This document shows positions 22,282 to 35,972 of a stretch of DNA of 64,000 bases, piece by piece (the stretch's first letter is position 1; each line of letters opens with the position of its first letter). The notes under the pieces were generated by a model. It was not told the origin of the DNA and did no database searches. It was given only the letters and a program-made list of their open reading frames with translations. The DNA is from Tetramitus jugosus (lineage: Eukaryota; Protista; Heterolobosea), in NCBI GenBank assembly GCA_937625935.1, contig OW569354.1:248001-312000 (forward strand). The letters run 5' to 3'. The translations under genes and the position numbers were made by a program.

Positions 22282-25200
22282 TCAGTCTCGAATGTATTGA
22301 GCAATTTTGTGAATGCTTTCGTTGATAGACGGCAAAACACTGCGTATAGACTCTTGTACCTTGCCCCTGATCCACAACGATGCTGTTTCGTCATCCAAAT
22401 CCAACCTTAACCGTTCCGTTAAATAGCGATAGCCCTTTTCTCCAAATAACACAAATGTAATATCAAGCAACACAGTTGCATACAGACGCATGATGTTGAA
22501 TGCAGAACCAATCTTTGAATGGAGCTCCTCAATATTTGGAATATGGGCAATCATGTTCTTGTTCACTCTCATTGGCGCGACTGTGAAGCTGGGTTTGGGA
22601 TCGTCACCGAATATAAACCCAAAATCAATATGAAACAAATGGCCACGTTCCGTTATCAACAAGTTATCTAAATGTCTGTCACCTATACCTAGTAAAAATG
22701 TTGCGACACTGTATGCAGCCAATGTATGCACATAAGTTTTCATGTTGGCTGTCTTGTGCTTCGCGAAGAACTCTGCAAAACTTTCAACACAAGATAATGG
22801 ATAGCACTTGGGAACCATTTGCATCAGACCACTTGTAGGACCAGTCGGTATCACTTCATACAGAGTTTCATCCATAAAAAAGTTAATTCCCTGAGACTTC
22901 CATATATAATCCATGACTTTGAACATGAGAACCACATTGCGATCCTGCCGTAAATCATCACCACACTTGAATATAAAGTTTCTTTGCTCACCATCAGCAG
23001 CAATGAAAGGAATAAGCAATGGAGAGGTCGCTGATTTGAATATGGACGCCGAACGGCAAGCAAATTCAACCATGTGATACCGTTCATTCTGTTCCTTGGA
23101 ATCTCCATCGAACAAAAGACATGGTAAAGCCAGTGGTGCATCCTTTGAGAAGATTTCTGCCCAGTTGTAAAATTTGCCCTCCATACGAGAGCTAGGTGAA
23201 TCAGAATTGAGAACAACTTTGAGCTGTGAAATCTTTTCCTTTCTGTCCAAGTCACGTGCATTTGGATTTTTTGCATTGTTGATACCCTTTGCAAAGTTTG
23301 CAGCCATTTTTGTTAGATTTTCAACCAACTTATTCTGTTGCATAAACAACTTTAAGTACGAAGCATCAATAGATGTATCACCCATTAGCTTGAGCATGTA
23401 TGATCGTATAAGACTAGATTCCGATATAGAACAGTACCATAGCATATTGTTATGCAACGCTATGGATTGGCGGCATCTCTCATGTAGCAGAGGAAATAAA
23501 TCAGGGAAAGACTCAATCAGACAAACCACAGGAGCAAACAGAAACTGTAGATCTTTGTTGTTGACTCTTGTCCGAAATATGGTTTCAATGAGCGGAAGCA
23601 TGATTGCATAACGTATCTGAGTTTCATATTGAAAGTTCGAAAGAGACCTTCGAGATTTTCGCGTTCCATCTTCAGATTTATCATCGATTGATGAGTGTGG
23701 TTTCTGGCATAGTAATGCTGTGTGGGCATGATTGTTATCAAATGAGTTAGCTTCTATCGCGATGCCATTACAACAACTTAAAAAAGCAATGAGTGTCCGT
23801 TCATACCTAGTTCGAACACATGTTGAAGGCCAACAAATTCTGGCAGAGCTTCCTTCATGTCAACATATGGAGTCAATACTTCAGGCATCGTTAATAAACA
23901 GGCACATATCGTAATCACAAAGAAACTTTCTTCCTTCAGGAGAATAGACCTGTATTGTGTCAGAATGGATATCTGTTCCTCCGTTAAATGATTGGCATGT
24001 GTATACAGAGTGGATTTGATCAATTGGAGACTCTTTCGATAAATTGCTTGCTGAACTTGCTCCTCCGTTGTTGTTACTGGTTGTTGTTGTTGTTGTTGTT
24101 TGTCTCTTGTTGAATTTGACTCCAACACTGCAGAGTCCCACAATTGACTGCTCAATTGATCAAATCGTGCATGATTATGAAACTTTTCCTTTACACTCTG
24201 TACCAGTTTCATATCCATATCCAACTCTGTGCCCCTGCTCATATTGTTGTTCTCCAAATTCTGTCTGACTGACAATTGAGTTTCATCCAAGTCCTTGAAT
24301 GTTGTTCTAGGGCGGAAAATCATGAGCTTTCCTGCTTCTTCACAGTCATCACCACCATCACTACTACTACCACCACTGCCATCTTGTGATTGATTGTGTG
24401 TAATAGTAGTAGTAGTAGTAGTAGTATCACTGCTGTTCATCGCCAACCGAAGTGTAGTCTTTCGGTTGTTGTACGATGATGACTGTTGTGGCAATGGACT
24501 CTTGGATCTCTGCGAATGGTGAATATTCTTGTTATTAGTATTATGATTGTTATTATTATTATTATTATTATTATTGGTATTAATATTATGAATCATATTA
24601 TTATTGTTCGTATTATACTTTGTATTCTTGTCTTGTTTGATGGATGGTGGTAGTGATGAGTGATGATGAGATGTAGTTGTAGTTGTTGTTGTTGTTGTTG
24701 ATTGAAAGACAAGAGATTTGACATCTGTTGATCGTCTAGTGTCTCCGAGAGTAGAGCTCTTGATGGTTGGTTCAGAGATGAAAGGAGTGGTACCACTCTT
24801 TGTTCGACTCGTTAGAGTAGTAGAATAAGGAGAACTCGAAGAAGCAGATGATGGTGAGGATGACTGAACATTACCACCACTATTATTATTATTGTTCGAT
24901 TGATTATTGAAATGCAACACTTGTTGAAGCACAGTTTTTGTTGCATTGTTGGGTAAGCTACTCCGAGAAGTATTGTTATTATTATTACTATTATTATTAT
25001 TATTAATATTTTTTTGATAAGTGAGATGATTGGAAGATGATAATGATTTGACTAGTGGTGGTGGTGATTGTTGTGATTGTTGTTGTTGTTGTTGTTGTTG
25101 TTCGCCAACATGAATCATGACAAATGTTAAAAATGATTTCATTGCTTTTTCATTGCCATTGATCACATCACTCGAATTCAAATAGAGACACTCGATTGAA

Positions 25201-25904
25201 ATGTTCAAGTAGTGAGCCAATTGTTTCAACAGTGATTCAATGAGACTCATTACTTTAAATTTGTTCATAAAATGACAAGTACTATTATTACTATTAATAA
25301 TATCCTTATTATGATTCACATTGTTGAGCAATGTTGAATGACCAGTAGTATTAGTTGATGTTGTACTATTATTCGTGTTGTTGTTGTTGTTGTTGTTGTT
25401 GCCTTGTTCGAGTTGATCAATCAATGATTGTAGAAACGTGAGAAACACTTGTGGTGTAATCATTGCAATGGATGATATGGATGGTGGTGGCGTATTATTA
25501 TTATTATTATTGTTGTTGTTGTTGTTGTTGAATGAGCGAACAGAGTACTTGTTCAGTCGTGGTGTGACATCACTACTACTACTACTGATGCTGCTGCTGC
25601 TCTTGTCATCCATACTACTACTACTACTACTACTACAAGTACAATATCGATTCATAAACGAGAGCAAGTCATCGTCAGAATATTTTGCTGGTGATACTGG
25701 TGATGATGACAATGATGATGAATGACGCTTGTAATTATTATTATTCACAGTAATCAACATGGGAGAAGTTGTTGTTGTTGTTGTTGTTGGAGTGAGAGTA
25801 CGGTTCGTTGTTGTTGACGATGGCCCTGCTGTTGTTGTTATGATTGTTGGCTTATTTGTTGACAATGATTTATTGTTGTTGTGGTTGTTCAGGTAGGGTC
25901 TCAT
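22282..25904 (-). CDS. Vps34-like (class III-type) PI 3-kinase with CH-like N-terminus (2 exons: 25904-23807, 23717-22282)
   Basis: FKSATSP, FKCGDDLRQD, GIGDRHLDN, FHIDFGFIFGDDPKP and C-terminal IHKIAQY. An 89-nt GTATGA...CTAAC...CAG intron (23806-23718) joins the two ORFs in frame (FEL-A-LLCQK...YAIMLPL). Confidence 0.85.
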
Positions 25905-26174
25905 TTTGTTTTGTTGTTGTTGTGTTTGTTCGAAGAAGGACCCAAACTTCTGCCAACCACAGAACAAGTCTAGCGGAGTTATCCTGTTTGAAACAATCAT
26001 TTTTTGCTTTCGGAGGGAAAAAATCGCAACTTCAAATTCAAAAATAGAGCGCCATGATATAATAAACATGACTGATCTATACCACCGCTTAGCTAAGTGC
26101 TCCTTATATGCTTTGTGTTCATGAGTTCAATCAAAAAAAAAGCGTGATACACACGATAGTTCATAAATCTGACA

Positions 26175-29100
26175 ATGTTTGAGGATTTAGCCAGTAATAT
26201 TCTCACTCGAATTCTGGGTGATTACATTGATGAGACAACGTTGGATCCCAAGTCTCTCAAGATTGCTGTTCAACAAGGTAATGTTCTGGTTCATGACTTG
26301 AAGGTGAAACCAACTGCTCTTGATGCATTTGAGTTGCCCATTGTAGTCACATGGGGTTACGTTGGTGAAGTGTTTGCTCTCGTACCATGGAACAGTCTCG
26401 GTTCTTCACCTGTCAAAGTACGCATACGTGATGTGTACTTGTGTGTTCAACCGAGAAAGTGTAGTCATTGGAACAGTGCAGCAGAGAAGGAGAGACAAAG
26501 AGAGGCAAAGAAAACTCGACTCAAGAATTATGAACTGAAGAGAATATCGAGATGGAGAGAGAGGTATGGTGATGGTGGTGGCGATGTGGATCAGAGCAAG
26601 AAACAAGATGATGAGTTGCAACCACCACGAAAAAATGACACCTTCTTGTCACGTATCACTGAAACCATACTGAACAATTTGCAATTGTGCATTGAGAACA
26701 TTCATATCCGGTATGAGGATACATCATCTCCTGATCGTCCCATCGTATTTGGTGCTCTATTGGAATCATTTGTCGCAGTGTCGTGCAACGAGGACTGGCA
26801 AGAGGTTTTTATTTCAAAGGTGCAGAATCAAGTGTACAAATCAGCGGCATTGCACGGTCTGATGGTGTATATGAATCGAGGAGATGGCTTCCTGTCTTCT
26901 TCTCACAAGAACCTGATTGGATTTCGAGATGCAATGAAAACCTTTGCAAAGGTCATCCCGGAAGAAAAGTTCAAACCAGTGTTTAAGCAAAAAAACATTG
27001 CAACGAGAGCCATTTTACAAAAGGAGGGAGCCGTCAATCCGAGAAACCCCAGATTGCGAGTCTTTTTGATGCCAGGGAAGTCATACATTACTCTAGATGA
27101 TACTCAATATCTCGATATACTGATCACAGCCGAATACATGTTGGCCTATAAAAAGTATGAGCGGTTTCGAGAGATTCGGCCCATGAATCTCGGTAACATT
27201 ATGCACAGTGCAATGTCGAGAAAGAGACTTTGGAAGTTTGCTATTACGGCAGCCAAGAAAACACTCGAAGGCCAAAAGTTCACATGGAACGATTTTGAAA
27301 CGAAGAAAAAGAATAGAGAACGCTACACTGAATTGTTTAAGCGGAGCAAGCACTTGTCCTTTATTGATCCCTTGACGGAGGAGGAAAGAAACGAGTTGGA
27401 TGATTTGGAGTCTGTAATGAGCACAAATGATTGTATTTTTGCAAGGAGAATTGCTGAACAACAATTGGAAGAAGAAAAACTGAAACACCCCGGATACTAC
27501 TATCGAACAAAAACGAATCAAAGTTGGTTAGAATGGCTGTTGGGTTACAATTATCAGAAAGATGCCGCATTGGAGGACCTGGAAATTTCAAAAGAACAAC
27601 TAGAAGAGCTGAACAGGGAAATTGGTTATGACGAGTCAGAGGCGACATCTTGGCGTCAATTTCCTCCTGATTATGTGCAAGCGCGATTTGAATTTCAATT
27701 GAACAGTTGTGTCATGACACTTGTGGACTCTCAATACAATAAGAACATTATCCGAGCAGAGGGAACCGATTTGCAGATCATTGTTGGAGTTAGAAACAAC
27801 TCATCGATTGTCTCTCAAGTCACATTGGGTGGACTTGTGATCAAGGATCACTACACATCCGATACCTATTATCCTCATATCTTATCCAAGTATCCAACAA
27901 GAGCATCTCGTGAACAGTCAAACGAAAAGAAAAACCTAGTTTCAATCTTGATTGAAACCAATCCTGTGTCAAGGGACACAGATTTGGCACTTGATATTGT
28001 ACTAGGTCGAATGAATGTGATAGTCAATGTGCCTCTATTCCAGAGGTTGATCAGTTTCTTCTGTGTACCAACAACAGTTGATCTATCATTTTTTGAGGAG
28101 AAGGCGAGCAAGACCTTTGACACTTTTCGACAACAATTGCGAGCTCAACTGTCATCAGCTCTTCAGAATCGAGTCAGTTATGAGCTGTATATGAAAATTG
28201 AAGCGCCAGCATTTATTATTCCAACGGAACCAAAGAGTAAATCAAAGCCTATCTTGATGATCGATTTTGGTATCTTAGCAATCAAGAGCATGACAAATCA
28301 TTTCTCACGAAAACAAAGAGTATTGCGCGGTATTGAGACTGAGGATGACATGTACGATGATTTTTCTCTCAACTTTCAAGGGATTCAAGTATCAATGATT
28401 AATTATCAACAGCTGAAACGAGAACAGTTCATTCGGGAGTCTGATACACAGATATTGGAGAAGGTTTCTGCTCAACTTCTCCTCCAAATTTTGATTACGG
28501 ACAACACAGAGTTCCCCATAACTAAATTAACTGCAGAAACTGAGAAGAAAATTGATGCAAGTTTGTCTCCGCAAAAGTTAAAAACGATCATGGAGGCAGT
28601 GAATAACTTAATACAACTGGCATCGATGCCATCCGGCACAAGATACACATCGCTTCTTGCGGATGGATACTTGAAAATTCGTGATGCTGGCCATGACAAA
28701 CTCTTTAAGAACGAACGATATTGGGTAGAGTTTCGCGCGGATGGAAATCTGTTTGTATTTGAAAAGAAAGGAGCTGAGCAGCAAATGGCCTCCTTTTATA
28801 TCAAGTCGTCTTATGTTGATTTGTTGAATTATACGCGTGATAGACGAATAGGCCGAAATGAGATGGTGCTTGTTTTGCCTCAAAAGAATGGAACTGAGCT
28901 CAAATTTATTTTCACCGCAGATGACCAGGATGAATGTGAGCACTGGTACAATCTATTACACTATTGTATTATCGTAAGTCATCACTCTGGCTCCATGAAT
29001 GTAAAAGAAAAACAAGGAAAAACAGAGCGAAAGAACAGTGACCAATTATGGTTTGCTCTCGATTTTAAAATTGCGTCCTTGTCTTTGCTGCTGCGTTACG

Positions 29101-32100
29101 AGGAAAGCTCAATGGACTCCGAACTCTATAAAGAGCAAACACTGAGTGAGATATCTGGTCAAGATGTGGGTATACGGTTGGGAGTGGCTGAACATGACAT
29201 AACAACTGATATCACTTTGGGTAGCGCATATCTGAAGGACTATATCAATTCTATCACAGAAAATTATATTCTTCGTTCGAATAGTGATGTCCTTAAGAAG
29301 GATTCAGTTGCTGCTCGATTTGTTGTTGTGTTCGATGAAGAGTCCACGTATGCTGATCGACACAGTGATTATATTTTAGATGTCCACTTTGACTCTGTGA
29401 ATTTTCTGTTCGATCCAGTTATGACTTCTGCACTCATTCAAGTGGTGTTTTATTTTGTATCAATACCCGAAACATTGTACATCCCTCCTGTATATACTGC
29501 CAGCTCATCCGAGCCTAATGCTACCAAAGACAATTGGACTCTATTCCAATTGAACACATCAATGCAACGATTGGCAGTGGTTTTATCTGAGTACGGTTCT
29601 ATGATTGCAGAATTATCAGCGGAGAATGCAACAATAGCTTACGAAATCGATGATCGAAAATCTGTGATTGAAGGGAGATTGGACAATTTGATCTTACTCA
29701 GCAAATTGGGTAAAACTGTATATCAGGAAATTATTGGTGTCAAGTCGAGAACAGACGAATCGCTCCTAACCTTTACCTATGAACAAAATGCGGAAACAGT
29801 TGGAAATCCTGCCGTGACAACACTGAGAGCTCATTTTGCCCACACGCGTATAGTATACCTTCAATCATTTATATCAAAGTTGCAATCATTCATTTATGAT
29901 GGTCCACTTGTGCCCACGTTATCTGACGGTTATCAGAGAGCAACTAAAAAATGGAAGGAGCGACCTGACATTCCAGAGAAGGCAGTAACTGGAGAAGCAA
30001 AATTCATCTATTTCTTGTCATGCTCACAACCTCATATAATCATACCCGCCTCCAAAATGTCTCGAGATTGCCTCGTACTAAATCTCGGCGACATCGCATT
30101 CGACAATTCGGAGAACTCCCCAGCAAATATGGACCAGACTTTTTCAATTTCTGTTTCTGGAGTCAATTTGAAAACGAAAATTCAATCCAAGAGTCACAAT
30201 TTCGTGACAAAGTTCTCTTTCAAGGTTAATGTTGAATTTTCTCCTCTTGGTCGAGCAGATAACAAAGCCCCAGAACTTCGTGTCACTGGTTCAGTCGATC
30301 AAACCATTAACATCGAGATTGATCAACTCGATATAATACTTTTTACCAGAATATTGAAAGAAAATATTGCTGAGCCCATTAGATATCCCAACAGACAGAA
30401 GCAGCATTTGTTCATCATATGTTCGGATCCTAATAGTGTGTTAAGTGATATTCTAGGATTAGGCAGGTACCATCCGAATCATCCGAAAGGAGAAGCAATG
30501 TCCCCAGTTTTATTGGCACCAACACCACTAAATGATCATGATGATGGTGCTAACACAGACAGTTTTTTCAAGTCTTACAGCTACTATATGAAGTTCGATT
30601 TGAATCGCATTGCTGTGTTATTTCGAAGAGCTGACCAAGCTGATCTATTGAAATTTGACCTGCATTGCATCACTGTGGGATTTGATTGGCCTTGTGGTGG
30701 TCGTTCCAATTATTTCATGCGAATTAACTCTATTAGTGCTGTTGATGTTCGGCCATCGGTTCCTATGTGCTTTAGGAGAATCATTCACTCTCAAACCAGT
30801 ACTTCAGGTCATTCATATTTTGATTTCAAATTCTTCTCTGATGAAAATCAGAATGAATTTGCTTTTGATTTACAAAATACCTCCATTATGTTGACTACTG
30901 ATTTAATCCAAGAATTCAATCGATACACATCAACGCTGCAAATTAGAGATACCAACACTTCTCCTCGACCATCGGACACAATACCAAGTGCATCAGACTT
31001 AATTATATCCTGCGATACAGTCTTTGGTGAAGACATAACTCTCAATCCCTCCAGAAAGCTCCGTATTAAGAGAAATACCAAGGGGTCGGTAGTCATAGAA
31101 GGACAAGGACACATGATCGATTTATTTACAAAACAGAAGGAGCAATTGATAGAAGTTGATGGCGGTATGAAACTAATATTCAAAGACGTAATTCTTCGTT
31201 ATTCAATGGATTTGGAGGACCTGCTCGTTTATGATCCTAAATTATCTGAAGTTGATTTCACAGACACAGTGTTCCACGAAAAAATTATCCCAGATACTCA
31301 TGAACGTTTAGTGATTGAAGCTAGTCCAACAGAATCAAGAATTACTCATGGGCATCAATCGAAAAAAGTGACAATCGTGAAGGGCAAGTTCGGAGACGCA
31401 GTAGTTTCTCTTCCTGACACTTCTCGGAGTGATTGCTCAAGCGAGCATACCTTTTGTTTTTCTCTCAGTGGGTGCATAGAACTCAGCATGAAGAATACAG
31501 AGTTCCTACTCTATATTCTTTTGAAGATGTCCGCTTATTCTCTCACTAGAGAAAAGGAGAAACCCTACCTGAAAACAACCATACTATCTCCCCTGGGCAT
31601 GGAATTTTCTCTTCACGAATTCAAGGAATCTGGCCATGATATGGATCACATTCAACGTAAAATTGTTTGTCAGTTGGATGATGTTGACTGCTGCATATCA
31701 AATAATCTCGTCCGAACTGTTGCTGGAATCTATAATACTGTTCGTATTGTTGCTGGAAAAGAACGCCCTGCATCTGAAATTCATGATACCTCTGACTACG
31801 ATGTTATTGACGATCTTGAGAGTGATATAGCTACTTTTGAACAATTCTTTGAAGTCCGTAGTGAGAAGGATTCACACACACAAACTTCTCCACATCGTAA
31901 AGCTGTGCATTGTGAGAATGATTTCCAGCTACAGAGAATTGGACGTTTGCAAGTGGTAGTCTTCGACCATTTCAATGGCGTCAAGGTACCTTTGACATCT
32001 TTTAAGATGGACAATATTCAAGTCTCTAATATGAGAATGACATCTGTCGATCAACAAATGGTCTATACAGCGGACATGGAAACACGCTTGTCGGTGGATT

Positions 32101-35100
32101 ATTATAATCAGCTGCGTGCTTCGTATGAGCCAGCAATTGAACCGTGGAGTTTTCGAGTTAATACTGAGTTGCGCACAGCTCCGCTTTATTATCGTGTATA
32201 TGTGAGCGGAATCGACATTAACCAATTTTTAAATTTTAATATTTCACGAGCAATGGTCAACGCTCTATCAACTACTTATGATAGATTAACAAATGTATCC
32301 CATATGTCATCAGTCTCAATTGTGGATCTACCAAGCAATACTATTCGAAATCACGCTGGTACAAACGTTCATATTGTGCTAGAAAATAGGTTATACCATC
32401 TGCAGCCATGGGAAAATTTGGACATATCCAGCTTGCAATGTGCTGGTGATAAGAGAATGTATATCGGTGTGCATCTACCAGAATATTATACGAACGAGAA
32501 CCTTATCGATGTGAGCGTACCGAAAACATTACTGCTTGCAGGTAATCCTACTGAATACAAAACTGTTTTGGATGTTGAATTGCAGCATGGAAGAAAAGTA
32601 GTGACATTGTTTTCAGAATGCAAAGTTATCAATTGGACCTCTCTCCCGCTATCTCTAAACTTTGAAGGAAACAACTTGATCCATGTTCTTGCTCCAAATG
32701 AGAGCCTAGGAGCTCCACTGAAGACAAATTTCTCTCTAAGTTGCAAGCCCAATTTAACAGATACATATGCATCATTTGTTCAATTTGATTATCGAGCTGT
32801 CCCTGGAAGATATGTGATATCCTGCGGTTCAACTTCAGTTGTGATTCATACCACTCAAATGTTAGGATATGTGCGATTAGACATTAGTGCGCCCATCAGA
32901 ATCTATAACAAATTACCGTGTCCTATCAGATGTGTTGGTGTTTGTAGTTCATCAAATGCTCCCATGTTAGCGATGGGAGATTACACTGATATTTTTGATT
33001 CGGTACAGGCTGGTTGTGTTCTGCGTATGGCAGGATATATGTCTGATCCAATCGACTTATTAACCAAACCAAACTGTGTGATGTTCCGTGAATGTGACTG
33101 TGTCATCAATATTGACTATCACGAGAAGAAGAATGGACAGTTTGAGGCATACTTCTATGCTCAGTACTTGATGATTGACCATACAGGACTACAACTCTTC
33201 GTGAGTGGTGGTAGACAAACTCTAATTTCAAATGATGATCAAGGAACTCAGATTTACGCATTGAATATATCTTCCCGACCATTGACGCCTCGCATTCGAG
33301 TTTTAGTTGCGGACAGTAAACCGTCCGACAAGTTAAAACTTGATCGCATTGGCTTCTCGGGACATATTTCTCTTCCCATACTCAATAGAAGAAATTTGTC
33401 AATTGGCTATGATATTAACATCGGAAAGGACGTGTTGTATCGATCCACCATTGTCACATTTGCTCCTAGGCATATCATATTCAACAACTCTTCTATTTCA
33501 CTCAGATTTCGGGAGGTCCATTCGAGTGAAGAGTTGAAAATTGACTCGAATCATTACATGTATCTCCCATATAGTGACAAAAAGGACATTAGAGGTTTCA
33601 TGTATATTCAATTTACAACAGAAGATGAGCAGTACTCATGGTCTGCTCCTCTCGTATGCTCTCATGCAGGGGAATATTCATCCAAAATTCTTCGGAAACA
33701 AATGTCAAGAGAAGGGGAGCATGAAGCTCTCTTATTTTCTGTGCTAATAGAACAGAAGCAAGGAGCATGGATCATGTCTCTGTTTGAAACTAAAGAGTTT
33801 CCATATCAAATTTTTAATCATACCAACGAATTGATGTATATTAGTCAGACAGATGTTGGAAGGTGGTGGACAATTGGACCTGGTTCATACCTCTCTTATG
33901 CGTGGGAGGTGTCCGAGGACGAACACCAAATTCAGATTAAAATCAGAAACGAAAAATCTGAACCAATTGAGTTGGACAACATTACAACAGTACGCTTAGT
34001 CTCCTTACCAAACGGAGATCAACTCAAGTGTGTCTTTAATCTGAAGGGTACTGTAATTGAAGCTCATATATATGAAGATACACCACTTCCCCGATTCGTC
34101 AACACAGTGTCTGCTATTAATTTCAGTCAAATCCCAACACAAGCATCATGTTTCAATACCCATAACGTGAGCTTTATTGCATTTGGTGCTGCGCACATTG
34201 GAGTCTCATTGATTGATGATAGTGTACCTCAAGAAATATTGTTCATGTCATTCGAGAATACTGTGGCGAAGATCTCATCAAAGGGTCACTACTACACCGC
34301 TGATTTATCCATTCAGAGAGCCCAAATTGACAATCAAACGAATGATGACTTGTATCCTGTGTTTATTAGTCAGAAGCCATGTGAGAGTTCTTCGAACCCT
34401 TTCCTACAGGCTAGTGTTACAGTTGTGCCTGCGACTGACATCTATCCCACAGTGTTTCCCTATTTATCTCTAAGGTTATCCGAGTTAAATTTCACAGCAG
34501 AATATTCACTTATTGAAAAACTCGTGGCAGTATCCACAGACCTGCTGTACTCTGACTCTACTGTTACTCAACCAACCGAGGAGCTTCTGAGACGACCTAC
34601 ACCAGATACCAGCATTGCGGATCCCAAACAACTTCAATTTTTGTTTGTCAAATTCTATCCAATCAAACTGAACGTATCTGTCCGTTTGGATAGAGATCAG
34701 CACGAAGCTCGGTACGATGTAACGAATGTCAACTGGCTCTTCACTTACATGGATAAGTTACATTTGAGAACAACATCTATTCGCCATGCGCCCCTTTACT
34801 TTGAAGGCATAACTATTTGCCATCCATTGCTCACACCGACCACTCTCACGAACCGTCTAACAACTCATTATGCTCAAGAACTATCAGACAACTTATTCAA
34901 ACTCGTCGGCTCGTGGAATGCGATCGGTCAACCTGTTGGAATAGCCTCAAAATTTTATTCCAAACACAAAACCTCTCTCACAGACAATGAATATGCTGAT
35001 GCTCATAACTTGGATGACATTCAAGAATTTACCAAAATATGCTCTACAAACAAGAATGAAATGGTCAGATATGATTTGGAGGAATATCTACGGATGAATA

Positions 35101-35769
35101 CCATCCAGCAATCGGAACACGCACGATCATCTTCACTAAATTTGAGACGAGAAACTGGGATAGCAATATTTGCAGGGTACGTACATTTTCAGCCTTCTTG
35201 ATTGATTCATGCTTCTAATTCTAATTTGTTCTTATTGATTTAGCCCACTGAAGCAGATGAGAAACGAACAACTGCAAAAATTGAGTCTTAAGAACTTTAT
35301 GAAAGATTCTCGCATTCGCTTACCTCGTGCTTTCTTGAATTATTCAGTACTAACAAACTATCAAGCCCCCGAAGCCTTTTCCGATTATGTAATGAGACAA
35401 ATTTGCAAGAATAACCCCTCCATGAATGGTGAAAAGGCGTGGTTTGTGGTATCAAATCACATTGTCACCCATTTGTTTGTCATTACCAACAACTATCTCT
35501 TGAAAGTCAAATTTTCCGACTATACTGTCAGATGGAGGTATTCTCTCAGATCTATTGTCAAAGTGAAGCACAAGTATCCAACTATCATTTTGTACATGCA
35601 AGAGCCATTTCACACCATACCAAACAGAGGAAAAGTAACCAAAAAGCGAATTCAGCATCCATTATGCCAGAATGTTGATTCCTTTGTCGATAGAGTTCAG
35701 CTCGCAATCCAAGAGGAACAGAATAATCGAAAATACCTTGATCAACTGCAGGCAACATCCAATCCTTGA
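26175..35769 (+). CDS. VPS13: VPS13 bridge-like lipid transfer protein (2 exons: 26175-35176, 35244-35769)
   Basis: Chorein-N (MFEDLASNILTRILGDYI...PWNSLGSSPV...IHIRYED), YEPAIEPW, VAB repeats, APT1 (QIDNQ...YPV), RIRLPRAF and terminal PH. 67-nt GTACGT...TAG intron (35177-35243) keeps frame. Confidence 0.95.
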
Positions 35770-35972
35770 AATTGAAATTGCAAATAGCTACAACATTTTT
35801 TTGTATCCTTTCTCCGCTTCATACAACCATTCTAAAAATATGTTGCCCAAAATACAACAGCAGAGAACTTTATTCAGATCAACCAGACCTGAAACATGGA
35901 GCACGCTGAATAATAACACTCTCTGTCAAAAATCAATTAATTACAACTATCCAGCAGCGTACTCTCTCCAAC

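Noticed and set aside
23778-26069. Stand-alone 763-aa gene
   Set aside because: Better explained as exon 1 of the PI3K gene through a canonical in-frame intron
35257-35769. Separate 170-aa gene
   Set aside because: It is the terminal PH-containing exon of VPS13
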